A DNA stretch of 63,020 nt, filler included, from Dugesia japonica (GCA_001938525.1; 6 parts of 6 records of this genome joined end to end with filler, not necessarily neighbours in it); one strand, 5' to 3'; positions 13,702 to 25,632 are shown, counted from the whole stretch's first letter. The notes: generated from the letters alone by a model not told the origin. Numbers and translations: made by a program.

Positions 13702-13911
13702 ATGTTAAAATTGATTTCAGGATTAATCTACCTATATTCTGAGAGTGAACGTTCTTTTTCAAAACTAACATGGATAAAGAATTATCTGCGTTCAACGATG
13801 GAACAAGCCAAACTATTATTGCTGGTATTACTATCTATTGAGAATGAAATAATGAGGAAAATGACATTAAGAGACGTTATACTGCATTTTACAAAAAAAT
13901 CGAAAAGCTAA
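13702..13911 (+). pseudogene. hAT dimerization-domain fragment (second element)
   Basis: SERSFSKL..IKNYLRSTMEQ..L..L..LSIENE is a canonical hAT C-terminal motif. Confidence 0.8.
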
Positions 13912-13980
13912 TATCATCTAATTATATCATTTAAAATAAAAGCTTCAATCAAAATTATTATTTTATTTGGTATTTGATAA

Positions 13981-14017
13981 CAATTTGATATTTCGACTTA
14001 GTCTTCTTCCGAAATTG
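13981..14017 (-). ncRNA. Minimal hammerhead ribozyme motif (core U4>G variant)
   Basis: CAATTT-CGGAAGA-A-GAC taa GTC-GAAA-TATC-AAATTG. The 6-bp stem I carries a compensatory change relative to the plus-strand copy. Confidence 0.65.
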
Positions 14018-14032
14018 TCAATTCAATCAAGT

Positions 14033-14069
14033 TAATTCCTGAAGAAGACTTAGCCGAAATATCGAATTG
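14033..14069 (+). ncRNA. Minimal type I hammerhead ribozyme motif
   Basis: AATTC-CTGAAGA-A-GAC tta GCC-GAAA-T-ATC^GAATT: stem I AATTC/GAATT, intact core, palindromic ATAT stem III, AUC cleavage triplet. Confidence 0.75.
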
Positions 14070-14602
14070 TTATCAAATACCAAATAAAATAAATTTGATC
14101 GAAGCTTTTATTTTAAATGAATTCTGAAAAATGATAAATGGTTATGTCCAACAATTATTCTCGCAATAATTGCAATTGTAAAATAATTTTATCATATTTG
14201 AAATGAAAATAAATGAAATGAAAACATATTTTCAATTTTGTTTTCGTTATATCGTTAGCAAGATAGAATTTATACTTAAATAAAATGTCTTTTTTAGAAT
14301 TTTGTAGGCACATCATCATCATTATCATCGACAACAAAAAATTTAAAAACATATTTTAATATTAAATATTAAATATATTTATTTTAATTTANNNNNNNNN
14401 NNNNNNNNNNNNNNNNNNNNNNNNNNNNNNNNNNNNNNNNNNNNNNNNNNNNNNNNNNNNNNNNNNNNNNNNNNNNNNNNNNNNNNNNNNNNNNNNNNNN
14501 NNNNNNNNNNNNNNNNNNNNNNNNNNNNNNNNNNNNNNNNNNNNNNNNNNNNNNNNNNNNNNNNNNNNNNNNNNNNNNNNNNNNNNNNNNNNNNNNNNNN
14601 NN

Positions 14603-14633
<31 letters not shown>

Positions 14634-15299
14634 CCACAAAAATTGAGGACACGTATATCGCGTAATAAATTAAATTTGATTTTTTAATTACAATTAACAT
14701 AAAATATTTAAGTCAAAAGAAGCAATGTTATTCGTCTTCATGTTTGCGTTAAATCGGTTTTTCTAATTTCCGTTAAAGAATTGTTTGATTATATTCATTT
14801 CTATTTCGGTAATTCGATTTTAAATAAAAGCATTTAATCGTTTTCAAATTAATTAAATTCCATTAAAATTTTCATTTTTAATCTATATAAATAATTAATT
14901 TCATTTTGTCCATTTGATTAAATTTTTTTACAAAATATTTAATTAGATCATGCTAATGAATTTTTTAAAATTCTCTTTCTGTAATAATTTTAATGAATTA
15001 ATGTTATTATTATTAGTAATTGTAAAATCTGATATCCTTGAAATAAACAATCGGGTACCCAACGTAAGTAAATCACATAATATTTTTTACTAAAAATCGA
15101 AAGTCTCCTTACAGAAACTTCTGCATTTAAAATGTAAAATTTAGTAAAAAATTTGAAAAATTATAATTTTTAAAACGTCAAACGCATTATGACTAAAATG
15201 AAAAATCAGAAAAAATTACATTTTTGTCAACTATTAAAATTGTTTTTACAAAATCATAATGGCTAGTAAATTTATCTTTAAAATAGCTACTACAATTTA

Positions 15300-15587
15300 A
15301 AAGAATCTTGCTATAGAATGTAAAGGTGAAAATCTGTAAAAAAAAGATATTTAAATGAACATAATATTAGATATAAAAAAGAAATAATAATAAATAAATA
15401 AAGAAAAAAATTAGACCAAGAAACGTTTAACAAATATAAAGAAATAAGTTCTCGCAAAAAACAAGAAATAATGAATTTTACTTATTGAAAAATCTAAAAG
15501 TGAAGAGAAAATCAAAATCAAAATATATTCAAATCAAAGCCCTTGTACAACTGTTCTTCCTTTCAAAAATCTATTTGAACATACATT
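15300..15587 (+). mobile_element. Penelope 5' fragment interrupted by the Polinton
   Basis: ACTGTTCTTCCTTTCAAAAATCTA matches the reverse complement of ~12185-12210. Homology stops at 15587. Confidence 0.6.
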
Positions 15588-15654
15588 AGTAATAAGGGAA
15601 TGAATGAAGTAGATCAGAGGCATGAAAAAAATTTTTCATTTTTCAATTTTTATG

Positions 15655-15935
15655 AAAAATGAAAAATCAACCATGAAAAATCAACCATGAAAAATCAACC
15701 ATGAAAAATCGACTATGAAAAATCGACTACAAAAAAATCGACTATAAAAAATTCCACAAATTGCTAGAAAAAATCGACTATGAAAAATCGACTATAAAAA
15801 ATCGACTATAAAAAATTGCGCATAAAAAATTCAACATAAAAAATCACAAATAAAAAATTCCAAAAAATACTATAAAAAAAAATTCCACAATGTGCTATAA
15901 AAAAAATTCCCATACCACAAAGTGCTATAAAAAGT
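15655..15935 (+). repeat. Subterminal ~13-bp tandem repeats (AAAAATCAACCATG / AAAAATCGACTAT)
   Basis: About 15-20 degenerate units immediately upstream of the pPolB ATG. Confidence 0.85.
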
Positions 15936-16021
15936 TTTAAAAAAAATTCACCTCTTAAAGAGGATACCCACCATACCCCATGAAAAAAATATATAATAGG
16001 ATTAAATTATTAATTTATAAA

Positions 16022-19000
16022 ATGGCACCAACATACAATACTTGTTCTAATTGTGGAAAAAGTTTTTCAAGTCGAACGCCATTTAATATCTCATTTTAAA
16101 AAATGTACTAAAGATCCAAATGTAGTTTTCTCATGTGAAGTATGTCGTAAAAAATTTAAAACTGTGGTGGGGCTAATATATCATATTAATGCATCAAGAT
16201 GTAGAAATTCTCAAGATGCAAATTTACATTGTGAGATTTGTAATCTAACTTTTTCAAAACAACCTTTAGCAAAATTACACTACAATAGTGAGTCGCGCAA
16301 ACAAACCGCCGATCCAAATTCAGAATTTAATATTTCAAGAATATTTAATGAGCTTCCAGGTGATGATGTAGTTGTTTATATGGATCTGAATATTGATAGA
16401 TTATTTAGAGTTAAATANCTTGAATATGAAATTAAACATTTTAAAAAAAGTAGAATTAAAATGAGGTGGGATATTTCTCATTTAGAAGAAGATAAAACTT
16501 ATCCATATAGAGAATAGATAATAGAAATTACAAAAATATTTTTAAATTATGGAAAGAGGATAAATTTTAGATTATCAGCTAGAGGTAAATANNNNNNNNN
16601 NNNNNNNNNNNNNNNNNNNNNNNNNNNNNNNNNNNNNNNNNAATTTACATTGTGAGATTTGTAATCTAACTTTTTCAAAACAACCTTTAGCAAAATTACA
16701 CTACAATAGTGAGTCGCGCAAACAAACCGCCGATCCAAATTCAGAATTTAATATTTCAAGAATATTTAATGAGCTTCCAGGTGATGATGTAGTTGTTTAT
16801 ATGGATCTGAATATTGATAGATTATTTAGAGTTAAATANNNNNNNNNNNNNNNNNNNNNNNNNNNNNNNNNNNNNNNNNNNNNNNNNNNNNNNNNNNNNN
16901 NNNNNNNNNNNNNNNNNNNNNNNNNNNNNNNNNNNNNNATAATAGAAATTACAAAAATATTTTTAAATTATGGAAAGAGGATAAATTTTAGATTATCAGC
17001 TAGAGGTAAATATTTAAAACTTGTAAATGGCAATCTTGAAGAAAGAATTTTTAAATCTTATGCGCAACTTGAAAAAAAGTATAAGAAGAAAAAATTAAAA
17101 ATACTGTTTTAGAACAATTACTTCATCTTGAGATGCATTTAGAAGATAACGATAGAGAAGGAAGTGGTTGGAAGTTACATCATATAATTAGTTATACAAT
17201 TGAATTAGAAGTGTACAAGTCTAGAGCAGGTGGTTCTTCATATCAAAAGTTACCATTTAAAAAAATGGGGGTTATTAATATAAAAAATTATGATGATAAA
17301 TGTTTTCTATACTCAATTTTAGAACACAAACATGTTTTAGAAAATCCAAGACAATCCGGGTATCAAGAATTTCTTAGTGAGTTAAATTATGAAGGGTTTG
17401 ACTTTCTCAATGAAAGTGGATGATGTAAAACGATTTGAAAAAATATAATTGGAAAATTAATGTTTTTGAAATTGAAAATGAAAAATCTCTTATTCCACTT
17501 TATACTCCTCATTTTTCATGTAAACTAAACCAGGAAGAAAATAAATGTAATTTATTACTTTATCAAGAACACTATGTACTTTGTAGAGATTTAAATAGTT
17601 ACATGTGTAATAAAAATAAAAATAATTTTTGCATTGACTGTATGAATGCGTATCGTAGTAAAGATTTATTTGAAAGACATCAAGATGAATGTGTTCGCCA
17701 TAAACCAATAAAAACGCGATTTTGCAAAGAAGAATTCTTTTATTTTAAAAATCACCATTTTAAGAATAAGGTCCCTTTTGTAGTTTATGGTGATTTTGAG
17801 ACGTACACCAATACTATTGATAATAAACAAAAACCACTATGCTTAGAAGTATGGCTTGAAAGTCTATATCAAGATTTAATTCCCACACATAGAAAAATTT
17901 TCACAGGTGAAATTATTTTAGATAATTTTATAAAATATTTAGAAATGTTAAATAAAAAAATAAATAATATTATGGATAATCCCCCACAGGAAAAAAATGT
18001 TCCATATGTAGTAAAAAATAAATGTAGGTATTGTAATAAATATTTAAATAAAGATCGGGGAAAAGATTTTAATAAATTAACTGGAGAATTTCGTGGATAT
18101 ACACACAAACGTTGTATTAAAAAAGCATCTAAAAAAATATTTCTTCCATTCTACTTTCACAATGGCTCTGGTTATGACAACCATCTTTTCTTTAGAGAAC
18201 TTTTAGTAAAACATCCAAATGATGTAGGTAATATAATTCCACATTCAGACGAAGTATATATTTCATTTGAGTTTCCAAATATTAGATTCCTCGATTCAAG
18301 TAGAATGTGTAGCAACACATCGATAGAAAAAATAGGGACTGTGTTAAATAAAACCGGTAAATGCCCACGTTTAAATGCCTTCAATGTAAAAGCAAAAAAA
18401 ATCATATTTCCTTATGAATATGTAAATGGAAAAAATGTAGAAGAAGTAATGGAATTATTAAAATCGGATAGAATTCCGACAATGGATGAATGTTACAATA
18501 CACTAAAACAGAAAAAAAACGGAAGAGGAGTATAATGAATTTCTTGAAGATATAAGTCATTTTAAAAATATGTGGGAATATACAAAACATTACATGAAAA
18601 TCGGTGTTTTAATTCTAGCAGACTTTTTTGAAAATTTTAGAGATGTTTCTTTAGAATATTTTGAAATCGATCCATGTTATTGTTATTCCGCACCAGGACT
18701 TACATGGGCCGCAGGGATAAAATTTACAAATGTAAAATTAAAATATGCAAAACCAGAAACATTCTCAATATTTTTAAAAACAGAACGAGGAACTAGAGGA
18801 GGTTACGCAGGATGTTATGGTGAGAGGCAAGTTTTTCCCTTTAATAAAAAAATCTCACCTCTGAAGAGGCTAACTAAAGCAGAATATGATGATTTAATGA
18901 AAATATTAGAACGAGGAGAAAATATTCCAGAGAGTTATTTTGAGGAGACATTTTTAAAATATTTAGATCAAAACTCCTTGTATTCTGCATGCATGACAAA

Positions 19001-20169
19001 ACCAATTCCAACAGGTGAATTGAAAGAATGTGAAGAACTAACATATGAAAAAGCAACAGATGATTACAATTTCATTTATGAGGTTGATTTAGATTATTCA
19101 CCTGAAATTCATGAGAAAACGAGATATTATCCATTAGCCCCAGAGAGAATAAATATCACACTGGATATGTTAGCCACATATCAAAGAAAAATTTATTAAA
19201 ACACCCAAAAAATAATGTTAAATTAACACTTAATCAATTCGATAAAAAAACTATATTATATTAGGAAGTACATTAGATCCTTTTTTAGAACTTGGAATGA
19301 AGTTGTCAAAAATTCATTACAAATGTAATATGCCAACAAGCCCATGGTTAAGAGAATATATTCTTTTTAACATTGAAAAGAGAAATAAAGCAAAAAGAAA
19401 TGGTGATGAATTTGGTGATTATTTATTTAAGCTTTTGAATAATTCATTTTATGGAAAGACCCTTGAAGATATTAGGAAAAGATGTAATGTGGAAATTGTA
19501 GGAACTGATGAAGAATTTCAAAAGTTTGCAGCAAAACCAACATATAAATATTCAAAAACTCTTTCTCCAAATATAGCCGCAATGCACATGCAACAAACCA
19601 ATCTTAAATATAATAAATTTCCATTCATCGGCTTTACAATTTTAGAATACGCAAAAGAAGATTTGTATGATTTTGTATATAAAAAGATAGCCCCACTAAT
19701 TGGAATGGAAAATTACAAAATTCATTATTCTGACACAGATTCAATCTTTGTGGAAGTCAGGCGGTAAGAAAATTTGGACAAGTTCAAAACTCTATTAGGA
19801 AATGACCTCTTTCAAATGAAAGATGAATTACCTAATAGTATAATTACAGAGGCTTGTTTTATAAAATCAAAGGGTTATGCATTTAAATATGTAAATGAAG
19901 ATGGAAGTATAGATTTTGATGCAAAACACAAGGGAATAGCTAAGGGAAATAATATACAAATGGCAGCTTATAATAAAATTTTAAAAGATTCTCAAGAAGT
20001 GATTTTTGGAGTAAACTATCGTTTAAAATCTCACAAACATCAAATAGAATTAGTTCATCAATGTAAAATAGCTTTAACCGCATATAATGATAAACATTTA
20101 CTAGAAGATAATGGAATTAGAGAAGTGCCACATGGTAATCAATATAAATGTGTAAATTGTCAAGTGTAG
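16022..20169 (+). pseudogene. polB: Protein-primed family B DNA polymerase with N-terminal C2H2 zinc fingers; frameshifted
   Basis: Zinc fingers (CSNC, CEVC..H, CEIC); EGSGW; VYGDFET (ExoI); FHNGSGYDNH (ExoII); FLDS; YLDQNSLYS (motif A); KLLNNSFYGK (B); YSDTDS (C); KHKG. Split over several ORFs, with assembly gaps. Confidence 0.95.
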
Positions 20170-20213
20170 CATTTAAGATCTCATTTCTTATGGGAAAATT
20201 TAGAATGCCCAAA

Positions 20214-20792
20214 TTAAACTTTTAAATTACTTAATATTTTTTCATAATTTTGATTTAGCGTATTTTCACTTTTAGATTTTAAAATTAATTCTTGAACTTC
20301 ACGAATCATTGTCTTACTTGTAAAAATTTCTTCATCAGTTAAAATATTATCATTCAAAGCCTTTTGTTGAAATAGGAAAAGTTTATTTTTAACAGCCTCT
20401 AATTTTACAATAAGATTGGCGTACTTCTTTTTCTTCTTTTGAATTAGTGATGAATTTAATGCACCAGTAATTGGAATTGAAGATCCTATTCCAGTTATTA
20501 TAGGAAGACCAATTGTAGTAATTCCAAAACCAAGTGGAGTTGCAAAAATCACACCAACAATGGCTACGCCGGTTCCAATTAAAATTTGTGCAATTTTTAT
20601 TCCATCATCGGCGGCGCTCCATTTACTATAAAATTTTTGAAAGTGTTTTATTTTATCATTTATAAAATAAAGGTCATTTTCAAAATCTTTAATTCTTAGA
20701 GATGACAATTTACTTTTTAGGTCTTCAAGTGTATAAGTAGTAATACCATTTTGATAATTTTTTTAATCTGGATACAAGGATTTTTCTGCCAT
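20214..20792 (-). CDS. Polinton accessory membrane-active protein (hydrophobic Gly-rich hairpin; similar to the adintovirus 'gasderminX'-type ORF)
   Basis: ATG at 20792 (MAEKSLYP, then frameshift), two hydrophobic helices, a basic cluster and a KALNDNILTDEE motif. Confidence 0.6.
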
Positions 20793-20796
20793 TTTA

Positions 20797-21213
20797 TTAT
20801 GATAAATTTTCAAATATTTTTTTTGATAAATCTTTAGGACAAGCATGAAGAATAACAAGGTTATTAATACCGGCTGGTAAAATTAAATAAAAAAAATTTA
20901 TTTTTACACTTACCACCACATTAAATGTGATATCATCTTTTTTCATCTCATCAGGGACTTCATAATCGCTTTTACCCCCCTTTAATTTTAAGGTGTTTAT
21001 TTCTAATTTAAATTTTCCCAGTTTTTCATAAGTAAAATCTAAAATCTCATCAGAACCAGTAAAATTAATAATAATACTAATTTTAGGTATTTTCGTATAT
21101 CCAGAAATAAAAACACATATTGGACCAAGAAATGTTTTAGCTGTAAAATAAAGTTTTAAAGGACCTATAAGAAAAAAAAATAGTTTTTCATTAAGATACT
21201 TCCTAACGACCAC
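20797..21213 (-). CDS. Unassigned Polinton ORF (degenerate)
   Basis: A 138-codon open frame, co-oriented with and abutting the next gene. No recognisable motif. Confidence 0.35.
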   Translation of the reverse strand: MVVRKYLNEKLFFFLIGPLKLYFTAKTFLGPICVFISGYTKIPKISIIINFTGSDEILDFTYEKLGKFKLEINTLKLKGGKSDYEVPDEMKKDDITFNVVVSVKINFFYLILPAGINNLVILHACPKDLSKKIFENLS

Positions 21214-21584
21214 TGATTATTACTTTTTCTAAAGTTGCATAAATTTTTTCAAAAGAATAATACGGAAATTTATTATTATCTTAAAGTAAAAAATACATTT
21301 TAAAACATATATATATTTCTAAGTAAACATCATCCCACAGTAAATAATTATCAACTAGTTCTTTAAATTTTTCTAATGCCTCTAATGATGTTATTATTGT
21401 TTTTTATTGATAATTAAATAGAGTTGAATAATAATTCTGTCTTAGCGGTAGTGAGAAAACACATTGTATATGTAGGTTTTTGTAGAGCCCAAAGTTTTTT
21501 TAAGTTACGTTTCAAACGCATTTACTGACATGAAGGAGGTGGTTGAAAAAGCGGTTTAACACATAAAGAATATTAGGGTGATAA

Positions 21585-21735
21585 ATAGGTTTATGAGTTT
21601 AGGGTTTATGAGTGTATGGGTTAATAAGTGTATGGGTTAATAAGTATATGTGTTTATGAGTATAGAAGGTTTATGAGTGTATAGGGTTTATGGTATATGA
21701 GTGTATGGATTTATGATTGCATAGGGTTTTATTAT
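21585..21735. repeat. 16-17-bp minisatellite (GGGTTTATGAGTGTAT) inside the Polinton
   Basis: About 8-9 degenerate units with strong G/T strand bias. Confidence 0.85.
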
Positions 21736-22199
21736 CATTGATGGAAAATCTTGTGGTTTTAAAGGTTCTACAAGAATAAAATTTTATACTTGTCATTTTC
21801 TTTGTATAGTTATTTGAAAAATATCAAAAATTCTAGATTTTGAACATTCAAAATTACATAGTAATGAATCAAATTATACTGTTAATCATTAACAATTTAA
21901 TTTAAATTATATTTGTTAGTAAAATCTTCAATTGGTGATTCATTTTGAAAATCACAATTAATATTTTTAGACATCATTTATTTCCATACTACAACACATG
22001 CTTAGTAAGATCATTATAATTGAAATAGAACTGATTACATTTTAAAATGGAATTTGATCACTTTCTATTGGCTAAAATTATTAAATAATAATTTTATCCT
22101 TACAATATTGATTTCTATATTAAATTTCTAGATACTAATGTCTAAACAATAATTACCGGGAATTAATTTATTATATCATCGGATTATACAAAATATTGT

Positions 22200-22552
22200 G
22201 TTTTTTCTTAGTATTCTTAGAAAATGAAAAATATATTTTTGTCAATAAAACATATTTTGTAAACTATAAATACATGCAAATAAATAATTTCTCTGTTATA
22301 TTGCTTTTTAAACCATATTAAACAGTGTTGTTGGTAAGTTGTAAATGGATCTTGATAACAAATTTTATTGTACACAATTGGTTTTGATGATTTTGATAAA
22401 CGCGACACAATCATTGATAAATTATAAAATGCTAATGGATTTGAGCAGGTTTACTAAAATATAGTTTGGAAGTTTATCTATTGCAAAACATCTAGCCACA
22501 CTGATCCAATAATTTTTGTTGCAATTCGATCAATCTGAATGGAACTAATAAA
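22200..22552 (-). pseudogene. Adenain-like cysteine protease (Polinton PRO), degenerate
   Basis: SSIQIDRIATKIIGSVWL/CFAIDKLP N-terminus and YNKICYQDPFTT..QHC (Q...C catalytic region). Confidence 0.65.
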
Positions 22553-22599
22553 TTAAATTATAAATAATATTATATAATTATTAATTCATTGCAATTATT

Positions 22600-23807
22600 T
22601 TGAGAATACATATGATGGGTTGACACTAAAACTGTTTCGTTGTCTTTAAACTGAACTTTCTTTTCAAATACATCATAAATGAAAACATATGCTGATGACG
22701 TTAAAGATTTAGCAAATTTGATATCTAATATCAAATTTTCTTGTTGATTCTGATTTGTATCAAAATCTGGGGCAAAAACAAATCAAAAGAATGGATGATT
22801 GTCCTTAAAACTGGTAAGTGTTTATGTTACTATCCAAATATCCCATATTTCTTACTATAGATTGCATATATGTTGTGGTATAATTATCGTTGGCAAAATC
22901 TTAAGTATATTTCTCAATAATCAGTGTTTTTCGTCAAGGAAACAGAAGCAGCATCTAAATTTTTAAATTTTGAACTTGAGCTTTTATAACTACCATAGCA
23001 TTGTTCTCTACTTTGAAATGTAACCAGAATAAAGCTAGATAATTGACAATCACCAAAGATTTATTCTGTATAAAACTATGAACTATCTTTACTTATTGCA
23101 AATGCAACAACTTCCTTGGTTTTTATTGGATAAATAGCATTTATATTTTTAAGACCTAGTTAATGAAACGCTGGTACTGAGGGTTCAACTCGTACACGTC
23201 TAACCATTATCTAGTATCTAGTAATACATATTTAGGCTCATTGACTGCAGATTTCAAACAAATCTTAGAGGATGATCGTTTCAATCGAATATGAACATTG
23301 ATATCATAAGATTTTTCGGTTAATCCATGAAATTAAGTTGCAATGAACCGCATAGAGACAATTGTTTTGATATTTTAATAGACTTTTTTCTATCTGCTTC
23401 TTATCTATATATCATTGCTGTAAGACAGATATTCTTACTATTGCCATTATAATTTATTATAGTTTCAATGAATGCTTTGTGAAGATAAGATCCATTTTCA
23501 TCTACAATTTTGAAATTATTAAACGAGAGAATTGCATTCTTGAAAATTGTATGCAACATATAGTTACAGCATCATGAGTGTCAGCCATATCTTTACCTGT
23601 CTTATCAACTACCTTCACTTTAATATACAAAATAGTATCATTCAAATCCAAATATTTTGTTCGATAGTCATTTATAAAAAACTCTACGTTGCTTTGTGAT
23701 TCAGAAATCGAATTCATAGGAAAGACATATTTAAAAGTACCACTTTTAATTACAGCTTGTTGATATGGACGATCAAAAATACATAATTCACTTTTACCGC
23801 AAATCAT
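22600..23807 (-). pseudogene. Major capsid protein (double jelly-roll, hexon-like/PY), frameshifted
   Basis: The N-terminus KSELCIFD.PYQQ...VEFFI....YLDLNDTILYIKVKV is characteristic of Polinton MCP. Coding-like remnants continue to ~22600. Confidence 0.85.
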
Positions 23808-24245
23808 TTTTCAAATATTGTTCCATGTCCGCTCATTTGCTCGTTTATACGTGATGCATGTGATTTGTACTTTTTTTATTAGTTGGTATTGTTTTGGGCT
23901 GATTGATAGCATATTAGTTATTTCAAATGGTATTTGATTTGTTATACTTTGCGCTAATATACCTGCTACTTTTGGAATAATACTGGTTACCCTACTATGT
24001 TACGATGGCATAACATTTCTAAATTGAGCTAATGCATTGGATTTTAATGTTGGTAGTATTTTTTTATCCTTAGCCAGTACATCTTTAGCTGTTTTCATTC
24101 CAAATAAACCAATACGTCTAAGAATAAGTAAAGCAAATATACCTATTGTTTGTAACCAACCAGATCCATACTGTTTTCCAAGAAAGTAGTGTAATTCTCC
24201 ACCTACTTGACTAGTACTATACAATAATACAATATCAGAAATCAT
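23805..24245 (-). pseudogene. pX-like small core protein
   Basis: QVGG...FLG.QYGSGW....R motif (Gly-rich protease-site-like), ending ...GTIFEK*. It lies between penton and MCP. Confidence 0.6.
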
Positions 24246-24247
24246 TA

Positions 24248-25072
24248 TTAATTTTTCTAAAATGGGACATTAAATGAGTCTTCAGCAAAGTTGATTAGTT
24301 TTCCACTATCATCACGTATATTAATTTCTATATTGTTTGTATATGATGAAGAAATAGGTAAAAATATTGGATGATCAGCAAGTCTTTGAACTACTTCACC
24401 AGTCTCATGTTGTTTTATCCATACTGCTTTCAATAAAGAAATATTAACATCACCAACAACAATAGGTTCACCATACTACAATAGATGAACATTTCATTAT
24501 AACAATTTAATATTCTAGGTTTCTTGATACTTTCATATTATAGTTGTTCATTATCAATACGTATTTGAGTATATTGCGAATCTTTTAATCCTAATGACTT
24601 TGTTAAGATTTTATCGAATTTAACACTTTAGTTTATCTTGACAATGTAAATTGAAATAGTTCATCTTGCATACATGAAAATGTTTTAAATTAATTAAAAT
24701 GTTTTTAAAGTATTTTCTTAAAATATTCATTTAGTTGATTTAAATCATTTATATACAATTTGGATTCAAATTGAAAATAATGTTTAGTTACAATTGCATA
24801 ATAAAATTTAATATTTATTTGTTCAACGTAATCATCACTTTTAAAGTCATAAAAACGAATCAAAAAAGTTTGATGATCATCGAAATTTATACTATTATAC
24901 TTTTTCTTAATTTTTCCTCTACTATATGTAAATCCTACCAAGTTTTCACAAGTATCAAATGATAAACTGTGGAATTTAATAACACTACTAAAGGTTCTTA
25001 TTTTTCTTGAATTTTATATCTGTTTCTGTATTATTTTCATATTTAATTAATAGTTAAAAGAACTTTTTTCAT
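24248..25072 (-). pseudogene. Minor capsid protein (penton, single jelly-roll), frameshifted
   Basis: C-terminal MFIYSSMV/EPIVVGDVNISLLK, HPIFLPI, IEINIRDDSGKLINF and HFRK motifs typical of Polinton penton; N-terminal YENNT. Confidence 0.75.
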
Positions 25073-25074
25073 TG

Positions 25075-25632
25075 GTATTAACATCAAGTATTAGATCCTT
25101 CTTAATTGGTTTAAATAATTCATATTCAATCTTTTCAATATCGGCTTGTTTAGACTTGTTGGGTTGCCGATTCCACCAAGTTAGAATCAAGTGCGTCTAC
25201 AGAATATATGTAAATAATCGATTACCCAACTATAGAAAAATCTTTGTGAAAATCTTAAATGAAGGGTTCGGGATCTACTCCGTAAAATTTTTAATTAATT
25301 CAATTTTCAAATATAATTTTCAGAAACTCTTATTTACTTTAATTTTAAAATTTGATAAATTATGCTAAATGTGTATATTATTATTTAATCAATTAAAGTT
25401 TTCATCATATTTATTGAGCTGTGGATCATTTATTGAATGGCTTCTCACCATTTGAAATGATCTGTGCTTTTTATTTAATGGGTTTATTTTCATCTATCGC
25501 CATTACTCGTCCATATTATTAAATAACATTATATGTTTTGTCGCTTTTCAAATTCAAAATTACAAAAATTTTATAATTTACATGATCACTCGGGATAATC
25601 AATATTCATTCATAGATTTTACAGTTTCATAA
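25075..25632 (-). pseudogene. Degenerate Polinton ORF(s), unassigned (PW-like?)
   Basis: Coding-like remnants upstream of penton. No clear DDE or Walker motif was seen. Confidence 0.3.

Larger units (their letters stand above)
13927..14120. repeat. ~190-bp palindrome formed by two inverted Penelope-type terminal repeats
   Basis: 13927-14017 is the reverse complement of ~14033-14120 with few mismatches. Confidence 0.9.
15588..25632. mobile_element. Polinton/Maverick (adintovirus-like endogenous virus), decayed; right end lost at contig break
   Basis: AGTAAT-like terminus, subterminal tandem repeats, pPolB, and remnants of protease, major capsid, pX-like and minor capsid genes. Confidence 0.9.

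Noticed and set aside
15655-15935. CRISPR-like array
   Set aside because: The units are adjacent with no unique spacers, there are no cas genes, and the context is eukaryotic.
16221-17011. Apparent tandem duplication of the pPolB zinc-finger region
   Set aside because: The copies are essentially identical and abut N gaps, so this is most likely a scaffolding overlap artefact.
21585-21735. Coding (HKPYT)n repeat or telomeric array
   Set aside because: A unit length of 16-17 bp breaks the frame, and there is no tandem TTAGGG/TTTAGGG run.
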